Under the pieces are notes generated by a model. That model had not been told where the DNA came from. It searched no databases and saw only the letters and a program-made list of their open reading frames with translations. A stretch of 64,000 nucleotides of DNA from Nitrospirota bacterium (lineage in GTDB: Bacteria > Nitrospirota > Nitrospiria > JACQBW01): contig JACQBW010000003.1 of assembly GCA_016194305.1 (NCBI GenBank), forward strand, positions 39,224 to 103,223. The letters run 5' to 3'. The translations under genes were made by a program, and so were the position numbers. Positions 28,648 to 39,382 of the stretch are shown one piece after another (within the stretch, counting starts at the first letter, position 1; every line of letters begins with the position of its first letter).

Positions 28648-28971
28648 ATGGAAACGGGATTTAATACCGACATCGAATATCAAAAAAGGATATTCCACGT
28701 TCAGACCGAAGAGAGTGGCCCGCAAAACCCGGTCATTATTACCCATCTTTTTTACAAAGGGGCAATATTATCCTCTAAAAAGACAAATTATAGTTCTCTT
28801 CTTGATCCTAAAACCGAAATAGAAAAACTGAAAGAGTTAATGAAGAAGCAGCATGAAGAGATGATTACCACCCTATTAAACGGTCAGTGTAATCATCTGC
28901 TTGGGGAGGGCGTAGCCAAAGATAAGAGTCTCGATGATTACATAGATGACTATATTAGAAACAGGCAATGA
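28648..28971 (+). CDS. Hypothetical 107-aa protein, translationally coupled to ftsE by an ATGA overlap.
   Basis: The ORF has no recognisable motif. It is tightly packed between yraN (3-nt gap) and ftsE (4-nt overlap). Confidence 0.5.
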   Translation: METGFNTDIEYQKRIFHVQTEESGPQNPVIITHLFYKGAILSSKKTNYSSLLDPKTEIEKLKELMKKQHEEMITTLLNGQCNHLLGEGVAKDKSLDDYIDDYIRNRQ

Positions 28972-29624
28972 TTCAGTTTTCTAATGTTTTTAAAGGGTAT
29001 CACCCCAGACAATTTATATTGAAAGATGTCAGTTTTTCGATCGATAAGGGGGAATTTGTTTTCATAATGGGGCCGAGTGGTGCCGGAAAAACGACCCTCC
29101 TTAAGCTCCTGTTTTGCGAAGAGAAAATCGATCAAGGTTCCATCCTGGTTCAGGGCCAGAACATTGCCAGAATTCAATCCTCCGCGATTCCCTTTTATCG
29201 AAGGAAAATCGGCTTCATTTTTCAAGACTTCAGACTCATTCAAAAAAAAACCGTCTTTGAAAACGTTGCCCTTGCCCTCAAAATTATGCATGTTCCGACC
29301 AAAGAAACTGAGAAAAAAGTGATGGAAGCGCTTGCCCTGGTCGGACTTGAATATAAAAAAGAAGTTGTCGCGATCGATCTTTCGGGAGGAGAACAGCAGA
29401 GGGTCTGTATTGCCAGGGCATTTGTCAATCGTCCTCCCATTATTCTGGCTGACGAACCGACCGGTAATCTTGATTTTGACCTTTCACTCCACTTTTTACA
29501 ACTCCTGAAAGGTATTCAGGCGAGAGGGACGACCATCGTTGTTGCCACACACAATAAGGAACTGGTCAACATGTCAAAAAAAAGGATCATTACGATTAAA
29601 GAGGGGAGAGTTTCTTCTGAATAA
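28968..29624 (+). CDS. ftsE: Cell-division ABC ATPase FtsE.
   Basis: Walker A is '[14 protein letters not shown]'. The '[14 protein letters not shown]' signature and Walker B '[11 protein letters not shown]' are present. Confidence 0.85.
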   Translation: MIQFSNVFKGYHPRQFILKDVSFSIDKGEFVFIMGPSGAGKTTLLKLLFCEEKIDQGSILVQGQNIARIQSSAIPFYRRKIGFIFQDFRLIQKKTVFENVALALKIMHVPTKETEKKVMEALALVGLEYKKEVVAIDLSGGEQQRVCIARAFVNRPPIILADEPTGNLDFDLSLHFLQLLKGIQARGTTIVVATHNKELVNMSKKRIITIKEGRVSSE

Positions 29625-29647
29625 AAGGTCGCGGGGTTAAGCTGACG

Positions 29648-30547
29648 ATGTCGAGCTTGTACTATTTTTTAAAGGAATTTTTGTATCATTTGAACCATCA
29701 TCGGCTCCTGACCCTGGGTGCCATTTTAACCTCGGCGTTTATCTGGGTCATCCTCGGTTTTTTTGTCATTGTCTACTTCAATCTCTTTCAGCTCTATTCG
29801 GGATTGAGGGAAGATCTCAAAGTCCTCGTTTACCTTAAGGATGGTTTGTCCCAGATGGACGTCAAGAATCTGGAAGAAAGGCTTTTTTCGGAAAGAGAGG
29901 TTTTGACGGTCCGGTTCATTCCGAAAGAAAAAGCACTCGCCGATTTTAAAAGGGAGATGACAACAAAGGGTGATCTTTTCAAAAATCTTGATGGAAATCC
30001 GCTTCCATCCTTTTTTGAAATTAAATTAAAGGAATCATACCAATCCTCAGAGGATTTCTCGAGGTTTGTCAACAAGATTAAGGGGAATCCGGGTGTTGAA
30101 GAGATCTTCTATGGCAAGGAGTGGATCGACGTTTTAAACCGGTATGTCGAATTTATTCAGATCATGGGGATCGCTGTCGGATTTATTCTGATCGTAGGCG
30201 TGATTTCCATGGTCGGAATAATTGTCCGACTGACTGTCTATTCCAAAAGGGAAGAAATTCTGGTCCTCAAATACATCGGTGCAACGCATCTCTTCATTAA
30301 AATTCCGCTTCTGATGGAGGGCGCTTTTCTCGGTTTTATGAGCGCAGCCCTCTCCCTGATTGCCTTATATGGGATCTTCTATTTTCTCACGCATTTTCCA
30401 CCTTTCTTCGATTTGCTCATGGGAGCACCCACAAAATCGACTTTTCTCCCTCTCGAGATGATTCTTTTATTTCTCCTTTCCGGACCGATATTGGGTGTGA
30501 TTGGGAGTTTTTTCCCGCTCCAGAAATATCTGAAATCATTTAACTAA
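29648..30547 (+). CDS. ftsX: Cell-division permease-like FtsX.
   Basis: There is an N-terminal TM helix, a large periplasmic loop and three C-terminal TM helices. It lies immediately downstream of ftsE. Confidence 0.8.
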   Translation: MSSLYYFLKEFLYHLNHHRLLTLGAILTSAFIWVILGFFVIVYFNLFQLYSGLREDLKVLVYLKDGLSQMDVKNLEERLFSEREVLTVRFIPKEKALADFKREMTTKGDLFKNLDGNPLPSFFEIKLKESYQSSEDFSRFVNKIKGNPGVEEIFYGKEWIDVLNRYVEFIQIMGIAVGFILIVGVISMVGIIVRLTVYSKREEILVLKYIGATHLFIKIPLLMEGAFLGFMSAALSLIALYGIFYFLTHFPPFFDLLMGAPTKSTFLPLEMILLFLLSGPILGVIGSFFPLQKYLKSFN

Positions 30548-30549
30548 AT

Positions 30550-31731
30550 TTGGATAATTCTATGCCACAAGGGAAAATGGTTCCACAATATCGATATCTC
30601 ACGGTCGCCGTCATGGTATTTTTTCTGGCCGCTCTTCTTCCCGGGGTATCCCGTTCTGAAGCACTTTCTCAAAAGAAAGAGGAATTGGACAAGCTCAAGA
30701 GGGAGATTAAAGAAAAGAAGAAATTGGAAAAAGAAAGTAAAAAGGCTGAACATTCCATACTCAATGAGTTCGAATCGCTCGATAAGAAATGGACGCTTGA
30801 AAAAAGGGAGTTGCGCCGGTATGAAGGCAATATCAAATCGATTGATCAGGAGATTCACCAGTTAAGTCAGGAACTTGAAGCCCTGGAAAAGAAAGTCGCC
30901 GCGGGAAAGGGAGTTCTCGATGCGAGAATTCGGAGAATTTATAAAGAAGGAAAATTGGGTGATTTCATGATTCTGGCAGGTGGATCGGACTATCAGGATT
31001 TGATTACGCGCGTTCATGCGATGATTGAAATTTCAAAAAGAGATCAGCTTGCTCTAAAGGAATATCAGGACGGGATGTTGAATCTGAAGGAGAAAGAAAC
31101 CCAACTGGAAGAAAAGCGAAGGGACTTGATCGGAAACAAGAAGGGTGCCTCCGAAAGAATGGAGTCAATTCAAAGCGAAAAAATGAATAAAAAATTACTC
31201 CTTTCGAAAGTTCGAACTGAAAAGGAACTTACAGCTCAGGCGATTCGGGAACTGGAAGAATCTACTTTAAAAGTGCAGGAACTTATGAGACAATTGGACC
31301 AGCATAGCTCGGATCGATCCGGATTTATGGCCGAAAAGGGGAAACTTCCCTGGCCAAACAAAGGGGAGGTCGTCGGATCTTTCGGAAGGAACAAACACCC
31401 TAAATTTGATTTTTTCGTGTTCAAAAAAGGGTTGGAAATCAAGCCCGCTCAAGACGATTATATCCGGTCGATCTACGACGGAACAGTCGTCTACGCGGAT
31501 TGGTTTAAGGGATACGGCCTACTCGTTATCATTGATCATGGAGAAAGTTATTATTCGCTTTATGCCCATGCTTCCAAGCTGATGGTGGACGTCGGAGAAA
31601 AGATCAAACAGAACCAGATTATTGGAGAAGTGGGGGAAACGGGCTATTCGGCCGACCAAAGCCTTTATTTTGAAATCCGGCACGGCGGAAAGGCTGTCGA
31701 TCCGGCACTCTGGCTAAGCAAGAAGAGGTAA
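30550..31731 (+). CDS. M23/LytM-domain murein hydrolase activator (EnvC-like).
   Basis: A long coiled-coil N-terminus is present. The C-terminal LytM domain has 'GLEIKPAQDDYIRSIYDGTVVYADWFKGYGLLVIIDHGESYYSLYAH'. Confidence 0.8.
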   Translation: MDNSMPQGKMVPQYRYLTVAVMVFFLAALLPGVSRSEALSQKKEELDKLKREIKEKKKLEKESKKAEHSILNEFESLDKKWTLEKRELRRYEGNIKSIDQEIHQLSQELEALEKKVAAGKGVLDARIRRIYKEGKLGDFMILAGGSDYQDLITRVHAMIEISKRDQLALKEYQDGMLNLKEKETQLEEKRRDLIGNKKGASERMESIQSEKMNKKLLLSKVRTEKELTAQAIRELEESTLKVQELMRQLDQHSSDRSGFMAEKGKLPWPNKGEVVGSFGRNKHPKFDFFVFKKGLEIKPAQDDYIRSIYDGTVVYADWFKGYGLLVIIDHGESYYSLYAHASKLMVDVGEKIKQNQIIGEVGETGYSADQSLYFEIRHGGKAVDPALWLSKKR

Positions 31732-31762
31732 CATTGGAATTATATTCAGAAAGGAAAAGAGC

Positions 31763-33154
31763 ATGAGTTGGAGAAATAGGAAACAGGCTACCGTCACCTT
31801 TACCGCGCTGGTTCTCATGCTGGTGCTCGGAATCGTTGTGGGAAGAGGATTTGATCGTGTATTTGCCCAACCGGACACTTACGACGAACTAAAGACTTTC
31901 TCCGAAGTATTGTCGACCGTTCAGAAGAATTATGTTGAGGAGGTCAAGTCGAAAGATCTGGTCTATGGCGCGATCAAAGGCATGCTCAATACCCTGGATA
32001 GCCATTCTTCATTCATGCCCCCTGAAGCGTATAAGGAAATGCAGGTGGATACCAAAGGAGAATTTGGAGGCTTGGGAATCCAAATAGGCATTAAGGAAAA
32101 CAAACTGACTGTGATATCTCCTATTGAAGGGACCCCTGCGGATCTTGCGGGAATCAAAGCGGGAGATGTCATTTTGAAAGTGGATGGCCAATCTTCAGTG
32201 AATTTGAGTTTGCAGGAAGCCGTGGAGAAAATGAGGGGACCCAAGGGAAGCAAGGTTGTTTTAACGATTCTTCGGGAAAATACGCCGGACCCTCTCACGT
32301 TCACACTGGTCAGAGATATCATTAAAATTCAGAGCGTTAAGAGTAAGATGCTGGATAAAGGAATTGGTTATATCCGTGTAACCCAGTTTCAGGAACATAC
32401 GTCAAGAGATCTGGACAAAGCGCTCAAGAAATTAAAAGAAGATAAAATGCAATCATTGATTCTTGATTTAAGAAATAACCCCGGAGGTCTTTTGACTTCG
32501 GCAATTGAAATTAGTGAGGCTTTTCTCGAACCGGGCAAGCTGGTTGTTTTTATCAAGGGGCGGGATGGTAAGAAAGAGGAATATAGTTCGAATGGTCCTG
32601 CGAACCAGGAAAATTTCCCGATGATCGTTCTGGTCAATGAAGGGAGCGCTTCCGCTTCCGAGATTGTGTCGGGTGCTCTGCAAGATTGGGGAAGAGCGGT
32701 TGTGGTCGGCGTGCAGACTTTTGGGAAGGGATCTGTTCAGACGATACTTCCCTTGTCGGACGGAGCAGGTCTTCGACTCACGACGGCTAAATACTATACC
32801 CCAAAGGGAAGGTCCATCCAGAATGTCGGGATTGAACCGGATATTACTGTTAAACCGCTGCCTCTCAAGGATGCGAAAGGAACTGTCATGAACCGTCCTA
32901 TTCTTCGCGAGAAGGATCTGGAACGGCACTTGAAAAATGAAACAACCAAAGAGTTGGAAAAGGAGGATTCCTCGACGCCTCCGCAGAGCGAAGAGAGCCT
33001 GCCTATCCTTGAAGAAAAGAAAGACCAGGAAGATATCCAACTTCAAAAAGCAATTGATTTGCTAAAAAGCTGGAAGATTTTCAAGCAATTGATGCCTGGA
33101 GCGGTAACAACCCGCGGGGAAGGGACACAAAAGGAGGCTCTGGTAGGAAAATAA
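31763..33154 (+). CDS. ctpA: Carboxyl-terminal processing protease (S41 family, PDZ domain).
   Basis: The PDZ domain has 'GDVILKVDG'. The S41 catalytic region has 'IVLVNEGSASASEIVSGALQDWGRAVVVGVQTFGKGSVQ'. Confidence 0.85.
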   Translation: MSWRNRKQATVTFTALVLMLVLGIVVGRGFDRVFAQPDTYDELKTFSEVLSTVQKNYVEEVKSKDLVYGAIKGMLNTLDSHSSFMPPEAYKEMQVDTKGEFGGLGIQIGIKENKLTVISPIEGTPADLAGIKAGDVILKVDGQSSVNLSLQEAVEKMRGPKGSKVVLTILRENTPDPLTFTLVRDIIKIQSVKSKMLDKGIGYIRVTQFQEHTSRDLDKALKKLKEDKMQSLILDLRNNPGGLLTSAIEISEAFLEPGKLVVFIKGRDGKKEEYSSNGPANQENFPMIVLVNEGSASASEIVSGALQDWGRAVVVGVQTFGKGSVQTILPLSDGAGLRLTTAKYYTPKGRSIQNVGIEPDITVKPLPLKDAKGTVMNRPILREKDLERHLKNETTKELEKEDSSTPPQSEESLPILEEKKDQEDIQLQKAIDLLKSWKIFKQLMPGAVTTRGEGTQKEALVGK

Positions 33155-33181
33155 TCGGTTTTTGTTTTATGAGTCATCGAA

Positions 33182-33221
33182 TTTAGGGACATATTCAATA
33201 CGTGTCCCTAAATTTTTTTTT
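33182..33221 (+). terminator. Rho-independent terminator: a perfect 10-bp stem TTTAGGGACA/TGTCCCTAAA with an 11-nt loop, followed by T9.
   Basis: Read directly from the sequence downstream of ctpA. Confidence 0.7.
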
Positions 33222-33269
33222 GAAAAAAGTTATTTTTTACTTGAAATCAAATTTGTTTTGATGTATTTA

Positions 33270-33296
33270 TTAGCACTCTAGTAAGGTGAGTGCTAA
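33270..33296 (+). promoter_or_regulatory. CIRCE operator (HrcA binding site): TTAGCACTC-N9-GAGTGCTAA.
   Basis: It matches the CIRCE consensus perfectly and lies about 70 nt upstream of the groES start. Confidence 0.85.
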
Positions 33297-33367
33297 TTCT
33301 GCTCGCTCTAGAAAACGTCATTATTAACAGATTCGCCAGGAAATTCACGGCGGGAAATGGAGGAAAA

Positions 33368-33658
33368 ATGGCAACAGCAGCCAAAAAAAGCGCATTGGCC
33401 TTTAAACCTTTGAAAGACAGAGTCTTTGTGGGCTATTCTGCGGAACTTGAAAAAACTGCGGGGGGAATCTATATTCCTGAAGCGGCCAAGGAAAAACCAC
33501 AAAAAGGAAAGATTGAGGCGATTGGAGCGGAAGTCAAGTCAGTGAAAGTGGGCGATCAGATCCTTTTTGATAAATATTCCGGTTCAAAAATTAATATTGA
33601 CAATGTTGAGTATCTGATTTTAAAAGAAGAAGATATTTTGGGGATTTTTGAGGATTAA
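33368..33658 (+). CDS. groES: Co-chaperonin GroES.
   Basis: 'LKPLKDRVFV...KTAGGIYIPEAAKEKPQKGKIEAIG' is present. GGAGG lies 8 nt upstream of the ATG at 33368. The track ORF from 33290 would run through the CIRCE site. Confidence 0.9.
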   Translation: MATAAKKSALAFKPLKDRVFVGYSAELEKTAGGIYIPEAAKEKPQKGKIEAIGAEVKSVKVGDQILFDKYSGSKINIDNVEYLILKEEDILGIFED

Positions 33659-33740
33659 TCATACAGCTTAAAGAAGGCTTCCCTGAAGCCGAGTGGACCT
33701 TCAGGATACGACTTTGAGCGTAAAAAATAGAGGAGAATAA

Positions 33741-35378
<1,638 letters not shown>

Positions 35379-35558
35379 ACTGATCAAGTTTGCTGAAAAA
35401 GGTCATCTACTTCGTTCTCAACTCTCGGCTGTCTCGACGTACGGGTTAGTACGCCTGCGTTGCCTCGAGTCTGCGGCCTCGTAGATGAACCTTTTTGAGT
35501 AACTTGAATAGGAACGCTGATAAAATTTGGGCAAATAAATCACGATGCACCTGTGATT

Positions 35559-35588
35559 AGCCTCTTTGAAAAAGGAGGCTTTTTTTTT
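35559..35588 (+). terminator. Rho-independent terminator: AGCCTCTTT-GAAA-AAGGAGGCT followed by T8.
   Basis: Read directly from the sequence downstream of groEL and upstream of trxA. Confidence 0.6.
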
Positions 35589-35663
35589 AAAATTGACTAA
35601 CAAAATGAGATCAGATAAGATTTTATTTAATCTCAATTTCTAAAAATGTGGGGGTAAAACAAT

Positions 35664-35990
35664 ATGTCAGAGGTTCAAAAAGTAGCGTCGGGAAGCTGGG
35701 ATCAAGAGGTGCTGAAGGCAGATGGCCTGGTCATGATTGACTTTTGGGCCCCCTGGTGCGGACCTTGTAAAATGATTGCTCCGATTATCGACGAACTTTC
35801 CAAAGAATATGCAGGAAAAGTGAAAGTGATGAAACTAAATACCGACGAAAATCCCGATATTTCCGGAAAGTACCAGATCATGGGAATCCCTTCACTCGTT
35901 TTCTTCAAGGGTGGAAAGGTGATCGAAAAACTGGTCGGTGCCATGTCAAAAAAGCAGTTTAAAGACGCGATAGATCGGTTGTTGGTTTAG
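35664..35990 (+). CDS. trxA: Thioredoxin.
   Basis: The WCGPCK active site is present in 'FWAPWCGPCKMIAP'. Confidence 0.9.
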   Translation: MSEVQKVASGSWDQEVLKADGLVMIDFWAPWCGPCKMIAPIIDELSKEYAGKVKVMKLNTDENPDISGKYQIMGIPSLVFFKGGKVIEKLVGAMSKKQFKDAIDRLLV

Positions 35991-36024
35991 AAAGTTCTTT
36001 TAAATCCGAGTAGAAGAATCCTTT

Positions 36025-37725
36025 ATGTTGCAAGAGCTTTTGATTAAAGATTTCGCGATTATAGAGGATTTACGCCTTGAATTTGGCCCCGGTCTAAATC
36101 TTATCACAGGTGAAACCGGAGCTGGAAAATCGATCATTATCGATGCACTTCAAACCCTTCTGGGCGCCAAGAGTTCGCCTGAAAATGTCCGGGACGGATC
36201 CAAGGAATCCGTCCTTGAAGGAACCTTTCTAATCCCGCCTGCTTTTCCTTTAAGAGAAAAATATCTTGCCCTCCACTATATAAATGAAAATGATCAGGAG
36301 ATCATCGTCCGTCGAATCATTTCCGCAACGGGGAAAAGCAAATCGTACCTGAATGGAAATATGATTAATCAGGCGGCGCTTGCCGAACTTTCTGATTTAC
36401 TTCTGGAAATCCACGGTCAGAATCAACAGATTTCACTTTTTAAAAAATCAGTCCAGCTTTCACTGCTCGATTCCTATGCGGGACTGGAAGAAACCGTTTT
36501 TGAATTTGAAAGACTCTTTTATGACTGGACTCGCACTGCCAGTTCCCTTCGTAAACTAAAAGAAAGTGAAGAAAAAGAAAAGGAGAGACGTTCCTTTCTG
36601 AAATTTCAGGTCGAGGAATTGGAATCCGCCGTACTCGATCCCGATGAAGAAATCCGATTGGAAGAAGAACGGAGACTCCTTGTCAAATCCGAATTTCTAA
36701 AGGCAAAATCTGAAAATGCTTACTACCTCTTGTCCGAAAATGAAGAGAACTCTGTCTTATCTTCTCTTCAGACGATTCAGAAAGAAATCTCTGAGATTTC
36801 AGTAATCGATTCGAGGGGAATGCCAATATTGCAATTGGTTTCATCCGCGTTAATCCAGCTTAAGGAAACGGCTGTACTTATGAGAGATTACCGGGAAACC
36901 ATTGAAAGCCGAAGAGACTCTCTGGAGAATATTGAAAAACGACTTTTTTCCCTCTCTCAGTTAAAGAAAAAATATGGCGCATCAATTCCCGAATTGATCG
37001 AAAAGCTCATAACGCTCGGGGAGGAACTTGACGGCCTGAATCATCTTGAAAGTGACATGAATTCTCTCAATTTCGAGATGCAGGAAATTGAAAAGAAACT
37101 GGAAGTCCTGGCAGAAGGTTTATCGGAAGGAAGAAAGAGCGCGATTGTCACTCTGGAAAAAGAGGTGGTTAAGGACTTAAAAACATTGAAAATTAAGGAT
37201 CCTGAATTTAAGGTACGTTTTCTAAACCTCCCTTCTGAAATCCGGTTTACAAGGCATGGACAAGAAGAGGTTGTCTTTCTCATATCGATGAACCCTGGTT
37301 TTCCACCTATTGAAATTGAAAAAGCCGCTTCAGGAGGCGAGCTATCCCGCCTGATGCTCGTATTAAAGTCAATTCTTTCCCAGGCGGAGTCCGTGCCGCT
37401 TCTCATCTTTGATGAAATCGACACGGGTGTAGGAGGCGAAGTTGCAGAACTGATCGGAAAGAAATTATGGAATCTGGCCAGAACGAAGCAGGTGTTTTGC
37501 ATTACCCATCTTCCGCAGATTGCATGTTTTGGCGAATTTCATTTTAATATTTCCAAAAGAGTGAAGCGTGGAAAGACGGACGTTGTCGTGAAACGATTAA
37601 ATGATCGGGAGCGCATTCAGGAGATTGGGAGAATGCTGGGGGGGAGTATCATGACATCCAATACCATAAAATTTGCGGAAGAGATGATGGCAAACAGGTT
37701 AACCTCGCCTCGTTCTTCAAGTTAA
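36025..37725 (+). CDS. recN: DNA repair protein RecN.
   Basis: The N-terminal Walker A is 'ITGETGAGKSIIIDAL'. A long coiled coil is present. The C-terminal signature/Walker B region has 'ASGGELSRLMLVLK...LLIFDEIDTGVGG'. Confidence 0.9.
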   Translation: MLQELLIKDFAIIEDLRLEFGPGLNLITGETGAGKSIIIDALQTLLGAKSSPENVRDGSKESVLEGTFLIPPAFPLREKYLALHYINENDQEIIVRRIISATGKSKSYLNGNMINQAALAELSDLLLEIHGQNQQISLFKKSVQLSLLDSYAGLEETVFEFERLFYDWTRTASSLRKLKESEEKEKERRSFLKFQVEELESAVLDPDEEIRLEEERRLLVKSEFLKAKSENAYYLLSENEENSVLSSLQTIQKEISEISVIDSRGMPILQLVSSALIQLKETAVLMRDYRETIESRRDSLENIEKRLFSLSQLKKKYGASIPELIEKLITLGEELDGLNHLESDMNSLNFEMQEIEKKLEVLAEGLSEGRKSAIVTLEKEVVKDLKTLKIKDPEFKVRFLNLPSEIRFTRHGQEEVVFLISMNPGFPPIEIEKAASGGELSRLMLVLKSILSQAESVPLLIFDEIDTGVGGEVAELIGKKLWNLARTKQVFCITHLPQIACFGEFHFNISKRVKRGKTDVVVKRLNDRERIQEIGRMLGGSIMTSNTIKFAEEMMANRLTSPRSSS

Positions 37726-37749
37726 AGCTAGATTTGAAATGGGGGAGGA

Positions 37750-38271
37750 TTAGACTCTCTTTCCGGAAAACAGCGTTTCCATTTTTTTTAAGATATAGGT
37801 TCTCGAGGACCCAAGATTGCTGAGGTCCTTTTGAGGAACCTGTATCCCCATTGCCTCGACGATATCCGATATGAAATGGGTGACTTCCGTCTTTTTCCTT
37901 TTCTTCTCGAGGTTCTTTTTGACAATATCGATGATTTCACTCACCTCAAATGGCTTAACAAGATAATCGGATGCCCCATAGCGGATTCCTTCTACAGCGC
38001 TTTTCATCGTGCCGAATCCCGTGATCATAATCACAGCCATCTCTTCATTAAATTTACGAATTTCCCTTAAAAGTTCCGTTCCGGTCATGCCCGGCATTTT
38101 GTAATCCAATGTGGCAATATCAATCTCATTTTCATGGATAATCTTAAGAGCTTCTTCGCCGTTTTCGGCGGTAAAAATCGTATAGAAAGGCTTTAAAATC
38201 ATTTTGAGGGATTCGCGAGGTCCCAACTCGTCGTCAACGATCAGCAGATTAACCGGCCCGCTCCTATTCAT
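37750..38271 (-). CDS. Single-domain CheY-like response regulator with a short C-terminal tail.
   Basis: 'LLIVDDE...DIATLDYKMPGMTG...ITGFGT...SDYLVKPF' carries the receiver Asp/Lys signature. The ATG at 38271 is preceded by GGAGG. The track start at 38292 is a TTG. Confidence 0.8.
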   Translation of the reverse strand: MNRSGPVNLLIVDDELGPRESLKMILKPFYTIFTAENGEEALKIIHENEIDIATLDYKMPGMTGTELLREIRKFNEEMAVIMITGFGTMKSAVEGIRYGASDYLVKPFEVSEIIDIVKKNLEKKRKKTEVTHFISDIVEAMGIQVPQKDLSNLGSSRTYILKKMETLFSGKRV

Positions 38272-38660
38272 GCAAAAATCCTCCGAATTCAATTTGAAAT
38301 TTATGGGTGCAATTGTCAGGCCATCATATTGTCTTGAAAGATGATTCAGAAGATATTGATTTATAAGAGTTAATTTTTAAACGTTTTGGACCGAGACAAG
38401 ACTTTTCGTACGGTCGCACCAGAGTTAAAGTTCAAAAATGAACAAGTCAAATGCGGTACGAAAGCAAGGATGTCTTAATTAGATTGTTTCAAAAGAAAAA
38501 GTCCATTATACTCGGTTGAAAAAGAGTCTATTTCAATCCAGTCATCATTCGTATTTAACATAATATACCTTATCAGACGTTATGGGAATGGGATTTTTTA
38601 TTGAAAAGGTCTAAACGACCCATCTCGCTCCATCACATTAAAACATCTGTTTGAATTGCC

Positions 38661-39254
38661 ATGATCCAGCTTGCCAGAACTGAAATTCTCTCCTTTTTTG
38701 TCGGAATACGAGAGCTCATTTATTCGATCGCTGAGAAGGTCGACTATCGCATGAAGTCGTTTAAGCTTAATTTGCGTGGAAATCTTATTGAAAAGGAACT
38801 GGACCGCGCGTTTATCGAATTGGGAAAAAATGCCGTTGCAAAAATGTCATCCGATTCAGATCCTGAGAGCTTTAATTCGGAAGAATTTGTTCATAAAATT
38901 CATGAGATCCGGAATTTAAAAGATCAATATTCCCTCTCGCTGCAGGAGCTTTCTGATCTTCAGCGAAAAGCATTAAAAGAATCCCTGTCGCATTGTACTG
39001 AACAATTTCAACGGTCTGGCTGGGAGTTGGCACAAATCGAAGTTCCATCCGATTGTGTATTGAATAGAATCAGGATTAAAGATATTCCGATCAAAAAAGA
39101 TTTTCTTGTTCTGATGATTAAGAAAGATCAACAGATGGCACTGGTTACCGGAGAAACCTTTCTTGAACCGGAGGATACGCTCATTTGCATTGGTACAGCA
39201 GAAAGTCTACAGCTTTTTAAAGGCTATCTTCTTAAAGGAGAACTGCCAGGATAA
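38661..39254 (+). CDS. Hypothetical protein with a coiled-coil N-terminus and a C-terminal RCK_C (TrkA-C)-like domain.
   Basis: The C-terminus 'LNRIRIKDIPIKKDFLVLMIKKDQQMALVTGETFLEPEDTLICIGTAESLQ' resembles a TrkA-C ligand-binding domain. The domain call is tentative. Confidence 0.45.
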   Translation: MIQLARTEILSFFVGIRELIYSIAEKVDYRMKSFKLNLRGNLIEKELDRAFIELGKNAVAKMSSDSDPESFNSEEFVHKIHEIRNLKDQYSLSLQELSDLQRKALKESLSHCTEQFQRSGWELAQIEVPSDCVLNRIRIKDIPIKKDFLVLMIKKDQQMALVTGETFLEPEDTLICIGTAESLQLFKGYLLKGELPG

Positions 39255-39382
39255 GTTCATTCCACATTTCTTGTTGATATCCTGTTATTTCATCAGTGAA
39301 TTGGATTTAAAACGTTGACTGGAGTTCTTTTTGAGCGCTTTGCCTAGTTTTGAGGCAGACGATGAGATCCAAAATCATGATT

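Noticed and set aside
33290-33367. The six-frame track start for groES at 33290, which would add a 26-aa N-terminal extension.
   Set aside because: The extension would translate through the CIRCE operator. It lacks an RBS. The ATG at 33368 has GGAGG 8 nt upstream and gives a canonical GroES N-terminus.
35991-36024. An SOS (LexA) box upstream of recN.
   Set aside because: The 34-nt trxA-recN spacer contains no CTGT-N8-ACAG or other recognisable LexA-type palindrome. recN is probably co-transcribed with trxA.
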